Of a DNA stretch of 64,000 nt, positions 46,128 through 54,385 are shown one piece after another. The notes under the pieces were generated by a model. That model was not told the origin of the DNA, searched no databases, and saw nothing but the letters and a program-made list of their open reading frames with translations. The stretch lies in assembly GCA_040510135.1 (NCBI GenBank), contig JBEVJN010000061.1, forward strand, positions 18,469 to 82,468. The letters run 5' to 3'. Every line of letters begins with the position of its first letter. Within the stretch, counting starts at the first letter, position 1. Origin of the DNA: Acidimicrobiia bacterium (GTDB lineage: Bacteria > Actinomycetota > Acidimicrobiia > Spongiisociales > ZC4RG35). The position numbers and the translations under genes are program-made.

Positions 46128-47216
46128 ATGCGTGCCCAGACGACCGTCCGCGTCATCACCCTGCTCACCCTCGTCGGTCTGGTTGGCGTCCTCTTCCCCC
46201 TTGCCGGCCAGGCCGTTACGAAAACTCAGGTCGAGGAGGCCTGCGCCGATTCCCGCGCCCAACTCGATGAGTACCGGGAGGCGCAAGCAGCTTTCGAGGT
46301 AGCCGCCAACGAGTACGAAGACTCCGTGATCGAAGTCGATCGGGTCGAGCGGAAGCAGGAGTCAGTCTCCGGCTCCGTGTCCAGCCACACCGAGGAGCTG
46401 GACCAGATCCAAGCCCGGATCGAGGAGCAGGCGGTAGAGCTTTACATGCGGGGCGGGGTGGCCGGCCCCGGGATCATCTTCTCCGCGTCCTCGGTTGACG
46501 AGTTCATGACTACCTCAGAGTTCCTCACGGCCGCCGCCACCGGAGGACAGGAGTCGTTGGACGAGCTGGTTGCTGCCCGTAGTGAGCTGAACCGGTTCCA
46601 AGCGGTCCTCGACGGCACCCGTGTCGAGCTGGAGGCGGTCGAGGCCGAGAAGTTGGATGCGAGGACCAATCAGGAATCGGCGATGGAAGCTGAGCAGGCG
46701 GCCTATGCAGAACTATCGGGTCGTTGCAAGGAGCTCGCCACCGAATACGACCGGGAACAGGCGGAGCTGGCGGCCCGCGCCCGCCAACGAGCAGCCGGCT
46801 CGGTGCAGGTGGGGTCGTTCATTTGCCCCTTCACACCGGGTCGCACCTCTTTCATCGACTCCTGGGGAGCGCCGCGGTCGGGGGGTCGTGCCCACAAAGG
46901 CACCGACCTATTCGCTGCGTGGAACGAGCCGATGTACGCGGTTGCCTCAGGCCGTGTCGCGCTCGGCAGCAGCGCGCTCGGCGGCAACACCATCTGGCTC
47001 TTGGCGGACAGTGGGATCGGCTACTACTACGCCCACCTCTCCGGTTTCAACGTCGCTTCGGGGTCGTCGGTGAGCCAGGGCCAGACGATCGGCTTCAACG
47101 GAGACAGCGGCAACGCTAGCGGCGGCTCACCACACCTCCACTTCGAGATTCATCCTGGTGGGCGAGGTGGGTCCGCGGTAAATCCGTATGCGACGCTGGC
47201 TGGGGCATGCAGGTAG
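46128..47216 (+). CDS. M23-family peptidoglycan metalloendopeptidase with N-terminal coiled coil
   Basis: Signal/[23 protein letters not shown], a long Glu/Ala-rich coiled-coil region, then HKGTDLFA and HLHFEIH zinc motifs. Confidence 0.85.
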   Translation: MRAQTTVRVITLLTLVGLVGVLFPLAGQAVTKTQVEEACADSRAQLDEYREAQAAFEVAANEYEDSVIEVDRVERKQESVSGSVSSHTEELDQIQARIEEQAVELYMRGGVAGPGIIFSASSVDEFMTTSEFLTAAATGGQESLDELVAARSELNRFQAVLDGTRVELEAVEAEKLDARTNQESAMEAEQAAYAELSGRCKELATEYDREQAELAARARQRAAGSVQVGSFICPFTPGRTSFIDSWGAPRSGGRAHKGTDLFAAWNEPMYAVASGRVALGSSALGGNTIWLLADSGIGYYYAHLSGFNVASGSSVSQGQTIGFNGDSGNASGGSPHLHFEIHPGGRGGSAVNPYATLAGACR

Positions 47217-47226
47217 CCTGCGCCTT

Positions 47227-47757
47227 GTGAGCGAGCACCGCCGCACCATCGACATCGTTCTCGAGCCCGAGTATCTGGCGGACATCTCCGAGGCCGACCT
47301 CGACGAGCTGCGGCAACGGCGAGAGGCGGCCGAGGACGTGGAGAGTCAGATCTCCTATTACCGCCGCCTGCTCCACGGTCGGGTCGACCTGCTCAATTTC
47401 GAGTTGCGCCGCCGTAGCGGGCAGGAGGAGCGGAGTCTGATCGAGGCGTTGCCTGAGATCCTCGCTTCGGGGATGACCTTTGGCAACGAGCCAAATCTGC
47501 GCCATCTCGACACGATGCCTCCCCTTCCGCCCTCGACCGGCCGTCGCCTCATCGACAGGATCATGGACGACGGCATCCTCACTCAGCTCCCGGAGCTGAC
47601 CGACGAAGAGCTCTCAGAGGCGATCGATCGGGTACAGGAGGTGGAGGCCGAGCTCTCGGCACAGCGGCGCCAGCTTCATGTCGTCATCGACGCACTGCAG
47701 GACGAGATCATCGCCCGCTATCGAAGCCAGCAGGGCGAGGCACAGCCGGCGAGCTGA
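47227..47757 (+). CDS. RsiG-like protein (anti-sigma-WhiG / c-di-GMP-binding coiled-coil family)
   Basis: The GTG at 47227 lies 11 nt after the upstream stop. N-terminus LEPEYLADISEADLDELRQRREAAE. Two copies of E-x3-S-x2-R-x3-H-x3-D (ESQISYYRRLLHGRVD at 47341-47388; EAELSAQRRQLHVVID at 47644-47691). Confidence 0.7.
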   Translation: MSEHRRTIDIVLEPEYLADISEADLDELRQRREAAEDVESQISYYRRLLHGRVDLLNFELRRRSGQEERSLIEALPEILASGMTFGNEPNLRHLDTMPPLPPSTGRRLIDRIMDDGILTQLPELTDEELSEAIDRVQEVEAELSAQRRQLHVVIDALQDEIIARYRSQQGEAQPAS

Positions 47758-47760
47758 AGG

Positions 47761-48717
47761 TTGCTGGCGGCCAGAACGCGCTCCGGCTTGGTCGAGACGA
47801 TGCACGACGGGGCGGTGGCTGTCGTCACCCCCGACGGCGGGCTGGTGGCTCACTCCGGCGACATCGACCAGCCCTTCTACCTCAGATCGGCGGCCAAGCC
47901 GTTTCAGGCTCTCGCCTCCCAAGAGCATGGCGCTGCGCTCGGGCCTCTCGAGCTCGCCCTCGCCTGTGCATCCCATGACGGGCATCCAGTGCATGTCGCC
48001 CTGGTCGAGTCGATGCTGGCCAAGATCGGGCTCGGTGAGTCCGATCTCCAGTGCCCACCAAGCTGGCCGCTCGCGGACACGGCGACCAACCGCCTTCGGA
48101 TGGAGATGGTTGGTCGGAATGACGATCCACGACGGATATGGCACGACTGCTCGGGCAAGCATGCGGGATGGCTCCGAGCCTGCCATGCCCAGGGGTGGGC
48201 TCTCGATGGCTATCTGGCGCCCGATCATCCCCTTCAGGTCGCGATCACCGACCTGATCGCCGAACTTGGTGGCTTCCCGGTATCGCCGGTCGGTGTCGAC
48301 GGTTGCGGGGCGCCGGTCCATCGCACCACGACTCGGGCCATGGCCACGCTCTATGCCCGGCTCGGCTCGATGGCTCGGCTCAGGGAAGTCTTCGACACCA
48401 TGCACCGGTATCCGGCGCTGGTATCGGGCCCAGGCAACGGCGATGCCTCGATAGCCATCGCTCTGAATGCAGCCGCCAAGCGCGGGGCGGCCGGATGCAT
48501 CGGCGTCGCCTTCGATCGTCGCCTGGGTGTTGCGGTGAAGTCCTGGGACGGGATCCAGGAGGTCGCAGATGTGGCGGCCATCGCAACGATGGCCGCGTTG
48601 GATGAGTTGCCTCGAATCGCAGCCGATCGCCTCCTCCTTCTCGCCCGGCCGACGGTGCTCGGTGGAGACCGGCCAGTGGGGGAGCTCGAGCCCAGGTTGG
48701 AGCTCCAGTGGGCATGA
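47761..48717 (+). CDS. asparaginase-II-family (PF06089-like) protein
   Basis: YLRSAAKPFQAL...CASHDG...DCSGKHAGWL...VDGCGAP motifs. TTG start as given in the ORF track. Confidence 0.8.
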   Translation: MLAARTRSGLVETMHDGAVAVVTPDGGLVAHSGDIDQPFYLRSAAKPFQALASQEHGAALGPLELALACASHDGHPVHVALVESMLAKIGLGESDLQCPPSWPLADTATNRLRMEMVGRNDDPRRIWHDCSGKHAGWLRACHAQGWALDGYLAPDHPLQVAITDLIAELGGFPVSPVGVDGCGAPVHRTTTRAMATLYARLGSMARLREVFDTMHRYPALVSGPGNGDASIAIALNAAAKRGAAGCIGVAFDRRLGVAVKSWDGIQEVADVAAIATMAALDELPRIAADRLLLLARPTVLGGDRPVGELEPRLELQWA

Positions 48718-49133
48718 GGGAGGTGCTCGAGCACCGGATCCAGCGATGGCTAGCCGACCCCGAATCGAACGTGGAATACGCCGAAGAGGTGGAGGGCCGC
48801 TGGGCGGTGAGGGTGAGGCAGGAGGCACGCGATGCGACCACCGTCTGGTTCACGATCGGGCAACGCAGTCTCGAGTACGAGGCCTATGTCATGCCCGCAG
48901 CCGAGGGAGGCCGTGAGCTGTACGGACAGGCGCTGCATCGCAACGCGAGGGGCTGGCGAGCGTATTACGCCCTCGATCAGGAGGGAGGGCTGGTGCTGCG
49001 CGGTCGGCTCGCTGAGCCTCATGTCTCCGACCTCGAGCTCGACCTGGCACTGGGCGAGATCTACGACGCGATCGAGGTCGGCTTCCGGTCCTTGCTCCGG
49101 TCTCTGATCGCAGGTCGCGAAAATTCCGGTTAG
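48708..49133 (+). CDS. YbjN-domain (putative sensory-transduction/chaperone-like) protein
   Basis: 141-aa ORF with WAVRVRQEARDATTVWFTIGQRSLEYEAYVMP...ALHRNAR...YYALDQEGGLVLRGRL, the typical YbjN pattern. Confidence 0.7.
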   Translation: MGMREVLEHRIQRWLADPESNVEYAEEVEGRWAVRVRQEARDATTVWFTIGQRSLEYEAYVMPAAEGGRELYGQALHRNARGWRAYYALDQEGGLVLRGRLAEPHVSDLELDLALGEIYDAIEVGFRSLLRSLIAGRENSG

Positions 49134-49370
49134 AAACTTGTGAACAAACCCATGTGCACAAAGCCTGTGGAAAACCGGGATTCCTGTTGGTAACCCGGGC
49201 CGAGGCCGGACTGGCTCCCTAATTGGCGATGGGAAGCGTTACTCGGCGATAGATGACATCCAGAGCGGGGTCGTTGCTTCCGGCCGGCAGAACCCGTACA
49301 TTCGGCGCTGCGAACGCCCGAGAGGCAAACCAGAGAACCGTCCGTTCGGGGAAGTGCGGAGGAGGCTCAG

Positions 49371-50300
49371 GTGGGTCACTCGGGCGTTTTGCACTGCAGG
49401 CGAACCGGAGGTCACCACGTCCCGATCCGGTACGATCGTGCCTTGGCCAGCCTCCAGAAGAAGAACCTCGACAACCCGGACGAGCGGGTCCAATTCGACG
49501 GGCTCGAGGCCGACATCGTGCAGGTCGGAGAGACCTCGATATCGCGGAACGTGTTCCAACCGGGCGCTCATTGTGCCCTCGGCGGGCGCCGTCTGAGCGG
49601 CAACCATCGAGCGAAGGAGAGCTGCCAGGCGCACCACTCAGGTGTCGTCGTTCAGGGGCGGTTGCGGATCGAGATGGACGACGGCTCGGCCATGGACCTT
49701 GGGCCGAACGAGGTCTTCGACATACCTCCGGGCCACGACGGCTGGGTGGTGAGCGACGAGCCCTGGGTCGGCATCAACTGGTCCGGGGTCCGCACCTGGC
49801 TTCCCCAGGTCGAGTCCGGCGACCGGGTTCTCGCCACACTTCTCTTCACCGACATCGTGTCTTCCACCGAGACGGCAGTTCAGTTGGGGGACAGAGCGTG
49901 GCGTGACCTCCTGGGCCGGCACAATCAGGAGGTCAGGGATCAGCTCGATCGGTTTCGAGGACGGGAGGTCGGCACTACCGGAGACGGGTTCTTGGCAGTC
50001 TTCGACGGGGCGGCCAGAGCCATCCATGCAGCCCAAGCCATTCGTGACCGCGCCCGCGGCCTAGGTCTAGAGATCCGATCCGGGATCCACACCGGCGAGG
50101 TCGAGGTGGTCGGAGATGACGTCAGGGGAGTCGCGGTGCACGAAGCGGCCCGGATCGCTGCGGCGGCATCACCCGGCCAGATCCTTGTCTCGGCCACGAC
50201 ACACGACCTGGCTGCCGGCGGCGAGTTCACCTTCGAGGAGACACCGGGTCGAGAGCTAAAGGGCTTGGCCGGAGAGCGGATCCTGCACACGGTCGTGTAG
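49371..50300 (+). CDS. cupin-domain / class III adenylate-guanylate cyclase fusion
   Basis: The cupin-like half reads HHSGVVVQGRLRIEMDDGSAMDLGPNEVFDIPPGHDGWV. The cyclase half reads ATLLFTDIVSSTE...TTGDGFLAVF...RSGIHTGEV...GVAVHEAARI. The GTG start is uncertain. Confidence 0.8.
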   Translation: MGHSGVLHCRRTGGHHVPIRYDRALASLQKKNLDNPDERVQFDGLEADIVQVGETSISRNVFQPGAHCALGGRRLSGNHRAKESCQAHHSGVVVQGRLRIEMDDGSAMDLGPNEVFDIPPGHDGWVVSDEPWVGINWSGVRTWLPQVESGDRVLATLLFTDIVSSTETAVQLGDRAWRDLLGRHNQEVRDQLDRFRGREVGTTGDGFLAVFDGAARAIHAAQAIRDRARGLGLEIRSGIHTGEVEVVGDDVRGVAVHEAARIAAAASPGQILVSATTHDLAAGGEFTFEETPGRELKGLAGERILHTVV

Positions 50301-50316
50301 CAAGCCTGTCGTCGAA

Positions 50317-51006
50317 TCAATCGTGACAGAGTTGGGCGAACCTGCTGGCCTCGATGCAGGACTGACCCGGGATCACCGGCCGGTCCGGGGGCACGATCAT
50401 CGTCGTGGTCGTCGTGTTCGGTGCCGATGTGGTGGTGGTCGAGGGGGTGGTCGTCGTCGGTGCCGGGGCGGCCGGCTCGCCTCCCTCGTCTGAGGGCGGT
50501 GCTGTGGTGTCCGGTGAGTCCGGTGGGGGTGGCGGCGCCTCGGTCGTCGGTGGGGCGGTCTCCCCCATCTTCATGAACACGACGGTGACGTACAGCGTTC
50601 CATCGCTGTCGGTGTCGGTGCCGACACCGACATAGTTGTAATCGCCGAGGATGTTGGCGGCGTGCCCCGAGGAGTTCATGAACGCCTGGTGGAGTGATGA
50701 CGGCGATTGGCCTCTACCGACGTTCTCGCCGACCTGTGACCAGCCACTGCCTGCGGCCGCCGATAGCTCGCTCGAGCTCGAGTGATAGATGTCGCCGGCT
50801 GCGATCATGTCCTGGGTGTGATTCCTGGCGTGGGATTGGAGACCGCCGTCGACCTGCAGAGACCCCAGCCCGTTGCTGGCTCTGGTCGAGTTGATCAGTG
50901 AGACGAACTCGCTCTCGGTACCCGAATCCGCTGTAGCGGCGACTCCGAGAGCAGTCGAGGCGAATACGACCAAGAGCAGCGAGAGCCAATGCTTCTTCCC
51001 GGGCAT
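50317..51006 (-). CDS. secreted CAP/SCP/PR-1-like domain protein with Thr/Pro-rich tail
   Basis: Signal peptide WLSLLLVVFASTALGVAA. CAP region INSTRASNGLGSL...HSSSSEL...GENVG...SSGHAANILGDYNYVGVG. A TTTPSTTTT linker precedes a Cys-containing C-terminus. Confidence 0.8.
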   Translation of the reverse strand: MPGKKHWLSLLLVVFASTALGVAATADSGTESEFVSLINSTRASNGLGSLQVDGGLQSHARNHTQDMIAAGDIYHSSSSELSAAAGSGWSQVGENVGRGQSPSSLHQAFMNSSGHAANILGDYNYVGVGTDTDSDGTLYVTVVFMKMGETAPPTTEAPPPPPDSPDTTAPPSDEGGEPAAPAPTTTTPSTTTTSAPNTTTTTMIVPPDRPVIPGQSCIEASRFAQLCHD

Positions 51007-51058
51007 TGGTTATTCATCGGCGCCGGGCCGAAATCGCTTTAGCTACCGCCGAACGGGA

Positions 51059-51940
51059 TCAAATCCCGAACATGACCTCGCGCAGGCTGATCACGCTCGA
51101 CTCGAGCGTGACCGGGTCGAGGCGCATCGATCCGAGACGAAGGCCCTTCATCCCTTCTCCGGTGTTTGTCATCACTCTGAGACCGTCTTCCTCGTTGCTC
51201 AAGATCCCGAGACCGAGACAACCCCCGCCCTCGTCCTGCACACCGACCAGCACATCGGCGAGGCGGCCCAGGTTGAGACCCATTGGAAGCGTTGGCGCGA
51301 AGACGGTCGGGCGGACCTTCCATCGATCCAGTGGAGGCGCGAGCGCCCGGGCAAACGCCTCGTTCCTCCGCTGGGCCCTCTCGTCCGGGGAGATGGGCAT
51401 CACGTTCGGGTCGGCTGGCGTGACGGTTACCTCCATCCCGAGAAACCGGCGCAGCATCCCCACCACCGGTTCCATCTCACCACCCCGCTGCAGGGCGACC
51501 ACCTTGTCTGGCCGGCACAGCTCGGCTTTGTGGTACTTCAGCGTCTCGCCGGCGACCCCGGAGACGACGGCGGTCGTGTCGAGGATCACCAGTTCGGCCA
51601 TTTCCCTTGCCAGGTCCACCATCGCAGCCGTGGCGACGACCTGTTGCAGCACGAGGCGTGCCGGGGAGATGGTGCCTACGAAATGGAGCCGGTCCGGTGT
51701 GTTCACGTCGTCGAGATCCTCTGGAGAGCGGAGCACCTTCAATCCGACACACGCCGGGGGGCCGATAGTCGAGTTGCCCACGTCGGCGTCCACGATCGCC
51801 ACCGTCCTGCCCGCACCGAGGGCGAGACGAGCCGCTTGGAGGGCCAAGGTCGTCTTTCCCGTGTCGACGCTGCCCATGAGCATCGCCACCCGTGCTCGGG
51901 ACACCTCCCTCGCGACTCCGTCGTGGCTGGCCTCGGACAT
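51059..51940 (-). CDS. Clp1/Grc3-family P-loop protein (putative polynucleotide 5'-kinase)
   Basis: VAMLMGSVDTGKTTLALQAARLALGAGRTVAIVDADVGNSTIGPPACVG matches the Clp1 P-loop block (GxxxxGK[ST]T ... vDlDpGQ). The ATG at 51940 avoids overlap with the divergent gene; the ORF extends to 51970. Confidence 0.7.
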   Translation of the reverse strand: MSEASHDGVAREVSRARVAMLMGSVDTGKTTLALQAARLALGAGRTVAIVDADVGNSTIGPPACVGLKVLRSPEDLDDVNTPDRLHFVGTISPARLVLQQVVATAAMVDLAREMAELVILDTTAVVSGVAGETLKYHKAELCRPDKVVALQRGGEMEPVVGMLRRFLGMEVTVTPADPNVMPISPDERAQRRNEAFARALAPPLDRWKVRPTVFAPTLPMGLNLGRLADVLVGVQDEGGGCLGLGILSNEEDGLRVMTNTGEGMKGLRLGSMRLDPVTLESSVISLREVMFGI

Positions 51941-51961
51941 CGCGGCAATATAGGACCACGC

Positions 51962-52795
51962 ATGACTCACAACGCACTCCCCATCAGCTTCCTATCCGAC
52001 TTCGGGCATGCCGACGAGTTCGTCGGTGTGGTCCATGGGGTGCTGGCGAAGCTGGCCCCGGAGTCACGGGTCATCGACGTGGGCCACGGGACTCCGAGGG
52101 GCGATGTGAGGGCTGCCGCTCTCAGCCTGACCCGGGCCATCCAATATCTGCCTGAGGGTGTCGCCCTGGTCGTGGTCGACCCGGGCGTCGGCTCCGAGCG
52201 CAAGGCGCTGGCATTGGAGACGGACTGGGGCTTCTTCGTCGGTCCCGACAATGGAGTCCTGTCGCCGGCGGTGGCCATGGTGGGCGGGGCAAAGGTCATG
52301 GTCTCGATCGACAATCCGGAGGCGAGGATCCCCTCACCCGGCGAGACCTTTCACGGCCGCGATGTGTTCGCCCCTGCGGCGGCCCTCCTCGCCTCGGGCG
52401 AGGCCACGATCCAGGATCTGGGCGCCGAGGTGGGTCCCGATGCCGTGCAGCCGCTACTGCTCCCCCTGCCCGAGACCCAAGGAGCTCTCGTCACCGGCGA
52501 GGCATGGTGGGTGGATCGGTTCGGGAACGTTCAGACCAACATCGGGCCCGAAGACCTGGCTGCGGTCGGTCTCTCACCCGGGTCTGTGTTGACCATGAGG
52601 GTGGGCGCGACTCTCCACACGATCCCATGGGCCGTTGCCTACTCCGAAGTGGAGCCCGGTGAAGCGCTGGTTCATGTCGACTCTGCCGGGCTGATCGCGA
52701 TCGCAGTGCGGGATGGCGCCGCCGATGAGGAATTGAACCTCTCGGCCGGGGTGGCGGTCACCCTGGCGGGGACAGGATCGACGTCAACTGGATGA
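51962..52795 (+). CDS. SAM hydroxide adenosyltransferase / SAM hydrolase (DUF62, chlorinase-fluorinase-like) family protein
   Basis: ATG at 51962. Motifs ISFLSDFGHADEFVGVVHGV...VVDPGVGSERKALA...GPDNGVLS...TFHGRDVFAPAAA. Confidence 0.85.
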   Translation: MTHNALPISFLSDFGHADEFVGVVHGVLAKLAPESRVIDVGHGTPRGDVRAAALSLTRAIQYLPEGVALVVVDPGVGSERKALALETDWGFFVGPDNGVLSPAVAMVGGAKVMVSIDNPEARIPSPGETFHGRDVFAPAAALLASGEATIQDLGAEVGPDAVQPLLLPLPETQGALVTGEAWWVDRFGNVQTNIGPEDLAAVGLSPGSVLTMRVGATLHTIPWAVAYSEVEPGEALVHVDSAGLIAIAVRDGAADEELNLSAGVAVTLAGTGSTSTG

Positions 52796-52888
52796 TGCCG
52801 GCGGCGGCGATGAGGAGCAGGAGGATGACCAGGACGACGGCGGTGGCGGGTCTCAACTCGCACACGATGGCAGACCACGAATGTGTCG

Positions 52889-52925
52889 AAAAATGATGAG
52901 GCCCCCGCTGAGCGGGGGCCTCATC
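52889..52925 (-). terminator. intrinsic terminator, minus-strand orientation
   Basis: Perfect 14-bp arms GATGAGGCCCCCGC (52895-52908) and GCGGGGGCCTCATC (52912-52925). On the minus strand the hairpin is followed by A-UUUUU (52894-52889). Confidence 0.65.
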
Positions 52926-53080
52926 TACACACGAAGGCGGGTTCCGTACCGTGGGGCGGGCTGGGAGGCTATCCGTTCACACCTTGGACGAACGTGCCCT
53001 AGGTATGAGGGGAACGGCGACCCTCCTTCTTGCATGCGTGTCCATTATCGGTCACCCACGGTGGTTACTTGAACAATTCT

Positions 53081-53323
53081 GTGTTCAGATTTCTGATTAG
53101 GCCCGGATGCCATCTCTGCGACGAGTCTCGGCCGGTCGTCGACAAGGAGGTGGCACGGGTCGGAGGCATCATCGAGGAGATCGATATCGACATCGATGAT
53201 GCTCTGACCAGGGATTATGGGTTGCGGGTGCCGGTCGTTCTCGGGCCGGGCGACATCGTGCTCGCGGAGGGGAAGATCGAGGCCCGGGCCTTGCGACGGG
53301 CTCTGCGAAGACTGGGGACCTAG
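53081..53323 (+). CDS. glutaredoxin-like (DUF836-type) thiol-disulfide protein
   Basis: The GTG at 53081 gives VFRFLIRPGCHLCDESRPVV...YGLRVPVVL, a CxxC thioredoxin-fold mini-protein. The upstream part of the 53030 ORF is unlikely to be coding. Confidence 0.7.
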   Translation: MFRFLIRPGCHLCDESRPVVDKEVARVGGIIEEIDIDIDDALTRDYGLRVPVVLGPGDIVLAEGKIEARALRRALRRLGT

Positions 53324-53344
53324 AAAAAAAATCTCAGGGCAGGG

Positions 53345-54385
53345 TCACGGCATCCGGGCCGCGGCGGCTTCGGCGCCGCTCACCGTGGTCGTGGGCTCTC
53401 CCTCCGCCGGCGGTTCCCCATCGGGTGTGGTCTCGCCTGGAGCGCCTCCCCCTTCGCCTTCCGCCGGGGCCAGGCCGCAGTCGGTGAGAGTCTCGGCAGA
53501 ATCGGCGCCACCGAAGCGGACCCGTTCGAAGGTGACAACCGAGGCCAATTGCTCCTCGGTGAGACTCGCTCCAAAGGCTGGCATACCGCCCGCGATCGGC
53601 TTGCCGGTGTCCCCATAGCTGCTCTCACCCGAGTCCAGGAAACCTTGCGAACCGAGTGTGACCCACTCGATGTGATCGGCACACGATCCGAACGTGGTGA
53701 GAACGCCACTGAAGGCCGGGCCGACCCCACCTTGCCCCTGGCCGCCATGACATCCGTCGCAATTGGCCACATTCATATAGACGTCCTCGCCCATGGCGAC
53801 GAAGTCGCCGCCCCCTCCACCGGCGCCGGAACCGGTGAACTCGGTGCCGTCGCAGTTGACCACCTGGCCGGTGATGACGTTGGTGGCGAGCTCGGTGGCC
53901 TCACCGCACTCACCGGTGGCGGAGCCGCCGAGAGCGAAGAGTGCGAAGGCGGGGATGATCAGCATGACCGCGGCCAACCAGCGGGGGATAGCCAGATTCG
54001 TCCTCTCCCGAATGCCCGCGGTGGGAACCGTGATCACCTCGGGAAGTCCGGCAGCCTCGGCCGCGGTCACCTCGGCCGGGATCGGGGAGCGGGTCACCGG
54101 GCCGGCGGGAGCCCCGGAGGGTGCGGCAGCCGGCGGGACCGGGACTTCATCAGCAATCTCCTCCTCATCATCGGCAGCCGTCTCGGAGTCAGTCGCTGCT
54201 TCCTCAACAGCGGGTGGAGGTTCGGAGGGTGCTGACGACGCGCCAGCGACCGACCCGCCCCCCGCCCAAGCGGCCAAGACCTCGTCGACCGACATCCCTG
54301 TCTCGGCGGCACGGGCGGCGGCAGAGCGCTGGACGATGGCCTCGGGGATGCCGAGAGCGACAGCGGCGGCGCTGAGGTCGCTCAT
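53345..54385 (-). CDS. membrane-anchored monohaem class I cytochrome c (CcoP-position gene)
   Basis: N-terminal cytoplasmic motif GIPEAIVQRSAAARAAETGMSVDEVLAAWAGG, an acidic/Pro linker, TM helix WLAAVMLIIPAFALFALGG, haem motif CDGCHG and Met-ligand region GGMPAFG. ATGA overlap with the upstream gene. Confidence 0.8.
   Translation of the reverse strand: MSDLSAAAVALGIPEAIVQRSAAARAAETGMSVDEVLAAWAGGGSVAGASSAPSEPPPAVEEAATDSETAADDEEEIADEVPVPPAAAPSGAPAGPVTRSPIPAEVTAAEAAGLPEVITVPTAGIRERTNLAIPRWLAAVMLIIPAFALFALGGSATGECGEATELATNVITGQVVNCDGTEFTGSGAGGGGGDFVAMGEDVYMNVANCDGCHGGQGQGGVGPAFSGVLTTFGSCADHIEWVTLGSQGFLDSGESSYGDTGKPIAGGMPAFGASLTEEQLASVVTFERVRFGGADSAETLTDCGLAPAEGEGGGAPGETTPDGEPPAEGEPTTTVSGAEAAAARMP

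Noticed and set aside
49139-49162. TTGTGAAC...TGTGCACAA as a Rex operator.
   Set aside because: The half-sites are direct rather than properly inverted. The spacing (10 nt between TTGTGAA and TGCACAA) does not fit the 18-bp TTGTGAA-N4-TTCACAA operator. It is kept only as a generic repeat observation.
52758-52865. 35-codon hydrophobic minus-strand ORF (VCELRPATAVVLVILLLLIAAAGIIQLTSILSPPG).
   Set aside because: It overlaps the 3' end of the SAM hydrolase-family gene by 38 nt. It has no SD and only a GTG start. Hydrophobic Leu/Ala/Val-rich frames arise easily antisense to or overlapping GC-rich coding sequence. It cannot be supported from sequence alone.
52881-53072. 63-codon plus-strand ORF (MCRKMMRPPLSGGLIYTRRR...).
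   Set aside because: It spans the terminator hairpin and a low-GC intergenic region. The translation is not protein-like and no SD is present.
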